Source: an uncultured virus (IMG/VR IMGVR_UViG_3300002220_000624) (taxonomy: Duplodnaviria > Heunggongvirae > Uroviricota > Caudoviricetes). From it: a stretch of DNA of 25,563 nt. The stretch's first letter is position 1. The number at the start of each line of letters is the position of its first letter. Location: the IMG/VR virus record IMGVR_UViG_3300002220_000624. One strand, written 5' to 3'. Positions 18,788-25,563 of this stretch are shown piece by piece. Both the position numbers and the translations under genes were made by a program. The notes below the pieces were generated by a model. The model did no database searches, was not told where the DNA came from, and worked only from the letters and a program-made list of their open reading frames with translations.

Positions 18788-18809
18788 TAGTCTATAAAGG
18801 AACTTATAT

Positions 18810-19565
18810 ATGCCGTTTGCAGACGCTTGCAAGCCAGGTTACTCTACTCGAAGAACAAAGACTAACAATGAAATTCTTGTCTACTATAACCTTGGCGTCG
18901 GAATGATTGACAAGGTTGCTGTAGCAAGGGATAACGGAGTATGCATTCCGCAGAAATTCGATCCTCAGGAGTGCTGTAACGATCCGATTAACGATAACTG
19001 TCAATGCCCTAGCGACTTTTGGGCTGCGACTGTTGTTCCGAAATTCAACAGAGGGCCTGGTGATGGGTCTATCCCAAAGCAGGCACCTCTGTTTTTTGCT
19101 GTTGAAGATTACGAAAATCCTACTGTTGCAGGCGATGTGTTCTGGCACGTATGCCTTCCGCCATGCGAAAATGACAAACTGATCTGCTTCGATCAGGGCG
19201 TTGTCCCAAATCCTGGAACGATTATTCGAGCGATTCCTCGAAAATTTAACCCTGTTAACCACTATGTTCTTCAGAGACCAGAAAATACGCTAACGCTTAA
19301 TGATTTGTTCGTATCTGATCGCGTTGGCCTTCAGCGCATTCGTGGGGTTCCTTGCACAATCATTGTCAAGGTCAATCCAGACGGAGCTGGTGCATTTCAG
19401 GAGATTCAGTACTACTGCAATGTTATGCTGAATCCTCGCCCAATGAATAGCGGTTCTGATGGAAATGCATCTATTGAAATCTCAATGGAGGGAACCTACT
19501 CTTTCTGTGCAATCTTCTCTGCGACACCGCCTGGCGGAGATGATGTTGTTGGCGTTCTTCCCTAG
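18810..19565 (+). CDS. major tail (tube) protein, putative, Cys-rich
   Basis: 251 aa upstream of the chaperone; C-terminal strands (IIVKV...QYYCNV...ASIEISMEG) fit a tube fold; capsid-like codon usage; AAGGA SD. Confidence 0.5.
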   Translation: MPFADACKPGYSTRRTKTNNEILVYYNLGVGMIDKVAVARDNGVCIPQKFDPQECCNDPINDNCQCPSDFWAATVVPKFNRGPGDGSIPKQAPLFFAVEDYENPTVAGDVFWHVCLPPCENDKLICFDQGVVPNPGTIIRAIPRKFNPVNHYVLQRPENTLTLNDLFVSDRVGLQRIRGVPCTIIVKVNPDGAGAFQEIQYYCNVMLNPRPMNSGSDGNASIEISMEGTYSFCAIFSATPPGGDDVVGVLP

Positions 19566-19581
19566 TGCATAGTATGCAAAA

Positions 19582-19611
19582 CTTTCCGTGCGAATGGATT
19601 CGCACGGAAAG
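19582..19611. promoter_or_regulatory. perfect 14-bp inverted repeat (stem-loop)
   Basis: CTTTCCGTGCGAAT-GG-ATTCGCACGGAAAG, abutting the GGAGG SD (19611-15) of the next gene; no U-tract on the + strand. Confidence 0.8.
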
Positions 19612-19620
19612 GAGGTTGTA

Positions 19621-20124
19621 ATGTCTAATCCTGTATGGACTGGGATCGAGTTAGAGGTTAAGCTATTTCGTGTAATAAATGAGATACCTTACTCTGTAGA
19701 TGGAATGCCTCAGGGCAGCTTAAATGGATATCGCTTTAATCCTCAATATGATACTCCACTATTAGAGTACTGCTTTTGGCAGTCTGCTTCAATATCTGCA
19801 TCAATCGAAACTGAGCAAGTGCAGGTTCCTGGCAGAAATTCAAAAAGGAACATTAGTGGTGGGTCTTCTTATACTTGCTCAATTTCTTCTTTTTATTGCG
19901 AAGCCAAGGAACTTGATGAAGGAATTGTATTTAATTCAAGGTTTCGCTACCATGTTGCAATAATTCACACCACATTTACATCTCAAAGGAATGTCTACCA
20001 AGAGCAGTGCGTGCTCTTTCTTGCTTCAGTGTCCAGTTTTAGGCTCAATGGAATAGAGAACGGAATCTCTTCATACGAAGTTGAATACAGCGCAGAAGAT
20101 TACCAAGTTTACACTGTTAATTGA
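19621..20124 (+). CDS. hypothetical tail protein, possibly a second tube-fold protein
   Basis: ATG 19621 with GGAGG SD, preferred over GTG 19588, which lies in the hairpin. QSASISASIETE..V.G.......G...Y and terminal YEVEYSAED resemble tube-like strands. Confidence 0.45.
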   Translation: MSNPVWTGIELEVKLFRVINEIPYSVDGMPQGSLNGYRFNPQYDTPLLEYCFWQSASISASIETEQVQVPGRNSKRNISGGSSYTCSISSFYCEAKELDEGIVFNSRFRYHVAIIHTTFTSQRNVYQEQCVLFLASVSSFRLNGIENGISSYEVEYSAEDYQVYTVN

Positions 20125-20145
20125 TTTACATGCAAGGAATTATTG

Positions 20146-21159
20146 ATGAGCGTTCTTGCTTTGTCCGGCAAACAGCCGGTTGATGATGCTGTCCAGGTTA
20201 CTGGTGGATGCGATGTGGTCGCTGCTTGTGGTGCTTTATCAGACTGCAAAAAAGATATAGTACTAGACTCCATAAAGTTTAATGATGGATCTGAATTTTC
20301 TGTATTGGTCCTTGATTCGCCTGATAAATGGGAAGAAGCGATCGGAATGAGCTTTTCGAGGGAGATACAGATTGACCAAAAGAAACTAAAGCTAAACCTT
20401 AGATGCGTACCGTATGGTGCATATAAGTATATTTCTGAAAATTTTGAGATCCCAGAGGAAGATGAAGACGATGACGCTTCTGATCCTCAAGCAAAGAAAG
20501 AGTCGATTGATTCTGTAATATTAAAGAGGAAGGTTTTGTTTTTTGAAGCTGCAACAGGAAAACCTATCGCTGGAAACAATCTTGCAGAAAAAGCTGCAAA
20601 ACTTGCAGAGCGTCCAGTTGCTGTTGTTGATAAGATATTTGATGTAATCAATCATTATGCATGCGCTGTAGTTGACGACTCAGTGACAGAAGAATTCAAT
20701 GCAATCAGTAGTAAAGAAGCTGCTGTTATGGAATTCAATGACATTGATTCTATTTTCGATGGAACTGATAGTGTATCAGATCGCGTGTTTGTATTTAGTC
20801 GTCCATTCCAAAATTACATCATCAAGGTTCCACTGAAATCTATTAGCTCTGAGCGAAGATCTCAAATTGAGTCTGAATGCAAAATACCTACACCGCCTCG
20901 CCGCCCAGGTAAGGGATTTGATGTCAACAATCCGCAGCCGTGGGCAAAAGAGCCTCACTATGTTGCAAGGGTAAGGAATATCAAAAACAAGAAAATGATG
21001 ATGTATCTCGACGAATGCCTTACATTTAAGATTCCAGGCGATACAATTGAGCAGAAGCAACAATGGTTAGGCAAGAGGCTGGTTGGTGACGTTCTTAAGA
21101 TACAGCTTTTTATCCAAAGAGAGATTATCGACGCTTCAATGGCGTTCAATTTTTTCTAA
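20146..21159 (+). CDS. tail assembly chaperone (gpG-like), internally duplicated
   Basis: Follows the tail genes, is acidic, ends ...FNFF-stop on a slippery heptamer, and contains two similar halves. Confidence 0.65.
   Translation: MSVLALSGKQPVDDAVQVTGGCDVVAACGALSDCKKDIVLDSIKFNDGSEFSVLVLDSPDKWEEAIGMSFSREIQIDQKKLKLNLRCVPYGAYKYISENFEIPEEDEDDDASDPQAKKESIDSVILKRKVLFFEAATGKPIAGNNLAEKAAKLAERPVAVVDKIFDVINHYACAVVDDSVTEEFNAISSKEAAVMEFNDIDSIFDGTDSVSDRVFVFSRPFQNYIIKVPLKSISSERRSQIESECKIPTPPRRPGKGFDVNNPQPWAKEPHYVARVRNIKNKKMMMYLDECLTFKIPGDTIEQKQQWLGKRLVGDVLKIQLFIQREIIDASMAFNFF
21150..21156 (+). other. programmed -1 ribosomal frameshift site T-TTT-TTC
   Basis: X-XXY-YYZ heptamer in the correct phase (AAT TTT TTC TAA), directly before the stop; the -1 frame is open to 21407. 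Confidence 0.8.
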
Positions 21160-21407
21160 AATCTTGGAGACCCCCAGAGCTTGAAGGCTATGTTCCGTAT
21201 AGACCAAAAAAGAGCAAGTCTCCTGAGCCGATTCAAACAAATATAGCAATAAACGAGGGAAGAGTTGCTAGATTCTGGGGCATTCTTCCCTGGGAGCTAC
21301 GAAGGATGAGTTCTGATGAGCAAGCAGAACTGACAGGATTGTATGTAATAGAAAAAGAAATAGAATCTTATGAAAATAGTGAACATGCAAGACTAAATGA
21401 TATGTAG
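21156..21407 (+). CDS. frameshift extension of the tail chaperone (gpT-like part of gpGT)
   Basis: -1 frame reads LKSWRPPELEG...VARFWGILPWELRRMSSDEQAELTGLYVIEKEIE...NDM*, 83 codons. It has no ATG near its 5' end and fills the gap to the next gene. Confidence 0.75.
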   Translation, partial: LKSWRPPELEGYVPYRPKKSKSPEPIQTNIAINEGRVARFWGILPWELRRMSSDEQAELTGLYVIEKEIESYENSEHARLNDM

Positions 21408-21415
21408 GGCTGAAA

Positions 21416-21904
21416 ATGATAGGATCGTTCTTAACATCGACAGAGATTGCATGGATCAAGAGTGATCTAAAGAATATGGTTAACAGCCCAGAAGCTCATA
21501 ACGTCATATTCAAATATAGAACTTACTCTGAACAAGATATTTCATCTATAGAGACAGACCCAATCTATGGGTATGTCAAGTCTGTTCCGCAAGAAGAAGA
21601 GATCCTGCTTGAATTAAAGTGCGTGCATAAGATACTAGATGATGCAGACACTGATATACTGTCGTTTAGAATTGCAAAAGTAGGTGATTCCGTTTTCTAC
21701 TTTTATGAAAAAATCAACCTAAATATGCCAGATGGATCTAATATTGCTATACCAGAAAGTATATCAATTATTGACGAGTCTGGTGTATCATGGGTTGTGA
21801 ATATTAAGAATTCTACTGATGCAGGTAAGTATTTTAATCTCTTTATTGGCAAGACTGATTACGCAACTGTCTTAATAGCTTCAATAATGAGAAGCGAGAA
21901 GTAG
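21416..21904 (+). CDS. putative head-closure/connector protein
   Basis: 162 aa, beta-rich, DPIYG motif; first of three small connector-sized genes. Confidence 0.4.
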   Translation: MIGSFLTSTEIAWIKSDLKNMVNSPEAHNVIFKYRTYSEQDISSIETDPIYGYVKSVPQEEEILLELKCVHKILDDADTDILSFRIAKVGDSVFYFYEKINLNMPDGSNIAIPESISIIDESGVSWVVNIKNSTDAGKYFNLFIGKTDYATVLIASIMRSEK

Positions 21905-21905
21905 T

Positions 21906-22487
21906 ATGCCAAGAAGATTCAGGATGGTTGAAGGCTCTGGTCTTGCCGTTGTTAATGTGAAGGTAATCACTGACGCAAAGGCAAGAGATCCAATACAGAG
22001 GGTCATAAATTTCTTAAAATATATAAAACAGGTTCATAGACCAAAAAGTCCTTTTCGTGATGCATGCGCTGCAAATTGGCTCACTGAATCTGTTGCAGAT
22101 AAAGTTGAAACTGCTGCAAAAAATACAATAAATGAAGAAGTGTACAGTAAAGGAAGTGGTTCCAGTAGCGGAAATGCTATGGAGTCAATTAAAGTTGGTG
22201 CCATAAACGACTATACCGGAATGGCAGTGTATTCTGATCCAGCAGTTTCTCCATCTATTGCTGGCGAAAATGAGGGAGAGTATTCGTATTTGGCGTTTTT
22301 TGAAGATCCAGATAATCAGATGTTTGGAAAAGGATCATTCATTCGACAGAGGGGTGAAAAGTCTATTAACAGATATAGACCGTTTATGACTCCTATGACA
22401 CATGCGGTCGCAGATGTCTCTGTAAAGGCTTATGTTAGGTCAGTGCGATCTGTAATTAAGTTGAAAATTCCTAGAACGCTAAAATAG
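21906..22487 (+). CDS. putative tail-completion protein (HK97 gp10-like)
   Basis: Basic protein with SGNAMESI and Y.AFFE....G......RPFM.P, resembling the gp10-family TG.L..SI and Y..Y.E.G....RPF..P motifs. Confidence 0.5.
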   Translation: MPRRFRMVEGSGLAVVNVKVITDAKARDPIQRVINFLKYIKQVHRPKSPFRDACAANWLTESVADKVETAAKNTINEEVYSKGSGSSSGNAMESIKVGAINDYTGMAVYSDPAVSPSIAGENEGEYSYLAFFEDPDNQMFGKGSFIRQRGEKSINRYRPFMTPMTHAVADVSVKAYVRSVRSVIKLKIPRTLK

Positions 22488-22497
22488 GGATGAAGAT

Positions 22498-23049
22498 ATG
22501 GGATTGATACCGTTTCACAATTTTGTTGAAGGTTCTCAGTTGGCTTTGCATGGTTGCTTAAAGCCTTTTTTTATTGATGGTGGAACATTTTTAATAAATG
22601 ATTATATGATTAAATTTCCTCCATGTAGGATTGTATTTAATATCCGAGAACTAGAGGATGATACTTCTTTTACATTCCCAATAATTGGAATACTAGGGAG
22701 TGGCGGATATGATACTGGCAGGGACTATAAATGCGAGCAATCTGGTCCAGTTTATTCTAGACCATCTTTTATTAGATATATTGAGTTAGGAAAGAGCGTT
22801 TATGTTAAAGTTAGAAAATCAGGTCTCATCACTGACGATGAGCTTAACAGTGTTAATTCTGCAAAATTCGCTGATAGGGCGTGGTCTTTATTGAATTTAT
22901 TTTTTAAGACTCAAAGCTCTGTTTTATCTGAGAACAAACTGAGGCTATTATCCTTTACTGATTTCCCAACAGATATGTCTAATGCGAATGAAACACTATT
23001 GTATGGAAGATTAAAGTTAATAGCCGAAACAACTTACAGGAAAGAATAG
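22498..23049 (+). CDS. putative tail terminator-like protein
   Basis: 183 aa following the gp10-like gene, with an FPII motif; mostly synteny. Confidence 0.35.
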   Translation: MGLIPFHNFVEGSQLALHGCLKPFFIDGGTFLINDYMIKFPPCRIVFNIRELEDDTSFTFPIIGILGSGGYDTGRDYKCEQSGPVYSRPSFIRYIELGKSVYVKVRKSGLITDDELNSVNSAKFADRAWSLLNLFFKTQSSVLSENKLRLLSFTDFPTDMSNANETLLYGRLKLIAETTYRKE

Positions 23050-23051
23050 AC

Positions 23052-25563
23052 ATGGCTGATGGCGAAGGTGGCGGTGGTGGACTGAGCAATGTTGATGTAA
23101 TCAGTACCAATGTACGCATAAACCTTGGCATAAGTGCCGGGCCTGCGCAAAATATTGATTCCATTACAACAAGCTTAGTTACATTACAAAAGACGCTTGC
23201 TAAATTGTCTTCTGGGAAGTACAAGATAGATATTGGAATCCCAAAGAAGTCAATGGACGCATTGCGCGCTATTGCGCCTTTGCTTGATAATGTTAAGAAT
23301 TTTAACTCTGAACTTGATAAGCTTGTTCGCAAGGCCAATAGTGTTGCTGGAAGAACAGCAATGGCGGCAGCAGATAGTAGAAATCCTGAGTTTCGCGCTA
23401 GGTCACGAGCAACTAGAGAGGCTTTTATTGACAAGGTTCGCGCTGATAGAGAGTCGAGAATCAGGAAGGCAGCAGAAGAAGCTTCTCCTCCTGCAAGAAG
23501 AGGCCCAAAAGTTTACACTAGCACTTCTAAAAAGCCTTCTGTTGAAGAAGCTGTCCAGGAAAGAAGAGTCCATGAGGCTAAAAGCCGCGCTGGTAAACTT
23601 GGTGCAGAAGCGAGGCGAGGCAAGCCGAAACCAGAAAAAATTATACTAACCAGCAAAGCTGCTCCTGTTGAGCAACATACGCCTGTTCAACAGCCAACAG
23701 GACCAAGGGAGTATATACCACAGCCAGATATAGAGATATCGCGCGGTCACTCAAGAGCAGCCGAATTACTCAGTCAGATGGATAGAAGGGCAGCAGCAGA
23801 GAAGCTAAGGCAGTCAATCGAAAAGGAGGGTAATAAGCCAGCAGGTCCACGAGGACCAATTACTGGCCAATATGGCCCAAATATTAGACAGTCATCTGGT
23901 AAGACACCAAACGAATCTTCTACTGATATACTTGAAGGCTACCGTTATGGCGCTGCGCCATTAGGGTCAACTCCTGCTGGAACAATGAGACCAGCATATA
24001 GCCAGAAAACTGTTGAACAAGAAGCTAATGAAATGAAGTCGAAGCTTCTGGTTCTAAAAGCAGAACAAGAGAGACTGAAAAGACTGAGGAGCAGTTTTGC
24101 CATCACTGCAACTAAGAGGAATAGGTATTGGAGTCAGCAGATAGGACTGTCTCCATATGGATCAGAATCCGGTATTGATGTAATCAAAAAACTAGGAATA
24201 CCAGAGCAGCAAAAGCAGACAATCATTAGAGAGCTTCAGAAGTTTTATCTTGATGTTAAGTCTAACATTGAGGAAATGAAAACAGTTAGTCAGCAAATAA
24301 AGGAACTAGAAGGTAAGGGGATAGCAACAAAAAGAAGGGTCGCGACAGAGCAGGCAGCGCCAGTGCTTCCTGGGACAGTTGTTGGGAAAGCAACTCCAGT
24401 CGGAACGGGGGCTGAGCTTGGCGATAGGGGTACTGCGCGCACATTAGGTCTTTCTCAATTTATTAGCCAAGCAAGAGCAGTCCGTGAACAGCTTAAGAGC
24501 ATCAAGAAGGCTGGAGCTGATGCCGATGTTGAAAAGATACTTAGGTTTGCAAAGGAATATAAGAATCAGCCAATTTTGATGCAGGCTGTAGAGAAAGCAA
24601 GAAACGATGCCATAAGAAGGACTTCTGTAATAAATACTGCTGAGCGTGAAATTGCGCAAAATCTTGGAAAAATCGAAGAACTTAAATCAGAGCCGCTCCA
24701 GTATACTGGGTTCGGTAAAAGAGAAATGAAGAAAAGGGATGATGCAAAACTTCAGGAAATGCTTAATAAGATGCTTATTAGGCGTGCTTATTTGTCAAAT
24801 GCACTCCTGCTGCGTGGAGATGCTGGAATAAAAGGAAAGGAGAGGGTTGCCCTGCTTTCAGAATACAGAAAGTATTTTTCGTCTAGAACTAGAGCTGGTG
24901 CCAGCACAGAGAGCCCTCTGTTAAAAATTGAACGAGAAATAGAAGCAAGAGAGGCTGCAGCCAACGCACCAGTTCGTGGTGTAGATATTGGATCTTCTAT
25001 ACCAAAAGAGAGACCAAGCAGTAGTTTTGTTGATTTGCATGACAAAAAGCTTGCAGAACTTGAAAGAGATAGGGTTGAGTTTAAGAAAAGATATGATGCA
25101 AGGATGGAGGTTCTCAAAAAACAAGTTGCATCTAAAAAACTTAAAGGAATCAGCTATACTGATGAAGGATTTTTAAGTGAGAGACACTTTACACCAAAAA
25201 TGAAATCGCTATGGGATAACATAGTAAGATTAGATGATGCAACAAAGAAATCTGCACCAAGAGCTGACCGTGATCGCGCTGAGATAGCAGCATGGGATAA
25301 GGCAAATGCTAAAATAGAAGAAGCAGTTAACACTGTTAATGAAGTAGAAAAAAAGGGTCGAAGAAGAAAGAGAACAACAGAATGGAAGGATATAATTACA
25401 GATACACCTACTACAACTGCTGCGCCAGTAAGAAAACCAAGAATAAGAATGACTGATGATGAAAGGAAAGCTAAGGCCAGAGAGAGAGCAAGGCGGTACA
25501 AAGAAAAGCACGCAACAAGCAAGCAAGATCCAGTTATACCTGTCGGCGGTGGCAGCCCAGGTA
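23052..25563 (+). CDS. very long virion protein, probable tape-measure N-terminal region (3'-partial)
   Basis: ATG 23052 (MADGEGGGGGLS...) after AGGAAAG. Read codon by codon, it has no stop in 837 codons to the window end. Ala/Lys/Arg/Glu-rich. Absent from the ORF track, presumably because it lacks a stop. Confidence 0.7.
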   Translation, partial: MADGEGGGGGLSNVDVISTNVRINLGISAGPAQNIDSITTSLVTLQKTLAKLSSGKYKIDIGIPKKSMDALRAIAPLLDNVKNFNSELDKLVRKANSVAGRTAMAAADSRNPEFRARSRATREAFIDKVRADRESRIRKAAEEASPPARRGPKVYTSTSKKPSVEEAVQERRVHEAKSRAGKLGAEARRGKPKPEKIILTSKAAPVEQHTPVQQPTGPREYIPQPDIEISRGHSRAAELLSQMDRRAAAEKLRQSIEKEGNKPAGPRGPITGQYGPNIRQSSGKTPNESSTDILEGYRYGAAPLGSTPAGTMRPAYSQKTVEQEANEMKSKLLVLKAEQERLKRLRSSFAITATKRNRYWSQQIGLSPYGSESGIDVIKKLGIPEQQKQTIIRELQKFYLDVKSNIEEMKTVSQQIKELEGKGIATKRRVATEQAAPVLPGTVVGKATPVGTGAELGDRGTARTLGLSQFISQARAVREQLKSIKKAGADADVEKILRFAKEYKNQPILMQAVEKARNDAIRRTSVINTAEREIAQNLGKIEELKSEPLQYTGFGKREMKKRDDAKLQEMLNKMLIRRAYLSNALLLRGDAGIKGKERVALLSEYRKYFSSRTRAGASTESPLLKIEREIEAREAAANAPVRGVDIGSSIPKERPSSSFVDLHDKKLAELERDRVEFKKRYDARMEVLKKQVASKKLKGISYTDEGFLSERHFTPKMKSLWDNIVRLDDATKKSAPRADRDRAEIAAWDKANAKIEEAVNTVNEVEKKGRRRKRTTEWKDIITDTPTTTAAPVRKPRIRMTDDERKAKARERARRYKEKHATSKQDPVIPVGGGSPG

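Larger units (their letters stand above)
617..25339. repeat. dispersed 13-bp palindrome TTAACA(C/G)TGTTAA
   Basis: Exact at 9129, 13304, 15224, 22844, 25327. One mismatch at 617, 1778, 3693, 6243, 8036, 17421, 19246, 20108. Two mismatches at 9138, 10472, 13670, 15852. Confidence 0.9.

Noticed and set aside
18708..18795. Sigma70 promoters from TTGACA at 18708 and 18762
   Set aside because: No convincing -10 hexamer at 16-18 bp spacing, and both hexamers are explained as stem arms.
617..25339. Palindrome copies as a CRISPR array or transposon ends
   Set aside because: Too short, irregularly spaced by kilobases, inside intact genes, and with no cas or transposase gene.
164..25526. Numerous short minus-strand and alternate-frame ORFs in the track (for example 561-854, 13830-14285, 22979-23434, 23233-23649, 25154-25522)
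   Set aside because: They lie over well-supported + strand genes, show no recognisable motifs, and look like antisense shadows.
1..25563. Alternative genetic code (TAG or TGA recoding)
   Set aside because: The standard code gives near-complete coding density, and TAG, TGA and TAA all occur at sensible gene ends.
1..25563. tRNA, rRNA, integrase or att site
   Set aside because: None seen, so lifestyle (temperate or lytic) and host cannot be determined from this window.

Overview
A 25.6-kb, densely coding, AT-rich segment of a tailed dsDNA phage or prophage (Caudoviricetes), with all real genes on the + strand. The left part (1-8905) is a replication/recombination block: a RecD2-like helicase split in two by an inserted NUDIX gene, a Chlorella-virus-type minimal ATP-dependent DNA ligase, a DnaG-primase/MCM-like helicase fusion, a divergent glycosyltransferase-like ORF and a RuvC-like resolvase. 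The right part (8909-end) is the morphogenesis block: TerS candidate, TerL, portal, prohead protease/scaffold, decoration, major capsid, small virion proteins, two tube-like proteins, a tail-assembly chaperone with a -1 frameshift extension, three connector-like genes, and a long open-ended tape-measure-like ORF missed by the ORF track. No sheath gene is evident, so it is probably siphovirus-like. The most striking non-gene signal is a 13-bp palindrome, TTAACA(C/G)TGTTAA, found as 5 exact and at least 8 one-mismatch copies across the window, mostly inside genes. There is also a highly structured ~140-nt intergenic region with alternative pairings in front of the tail gene. All calls come from manual motif reading; no database searches were run.
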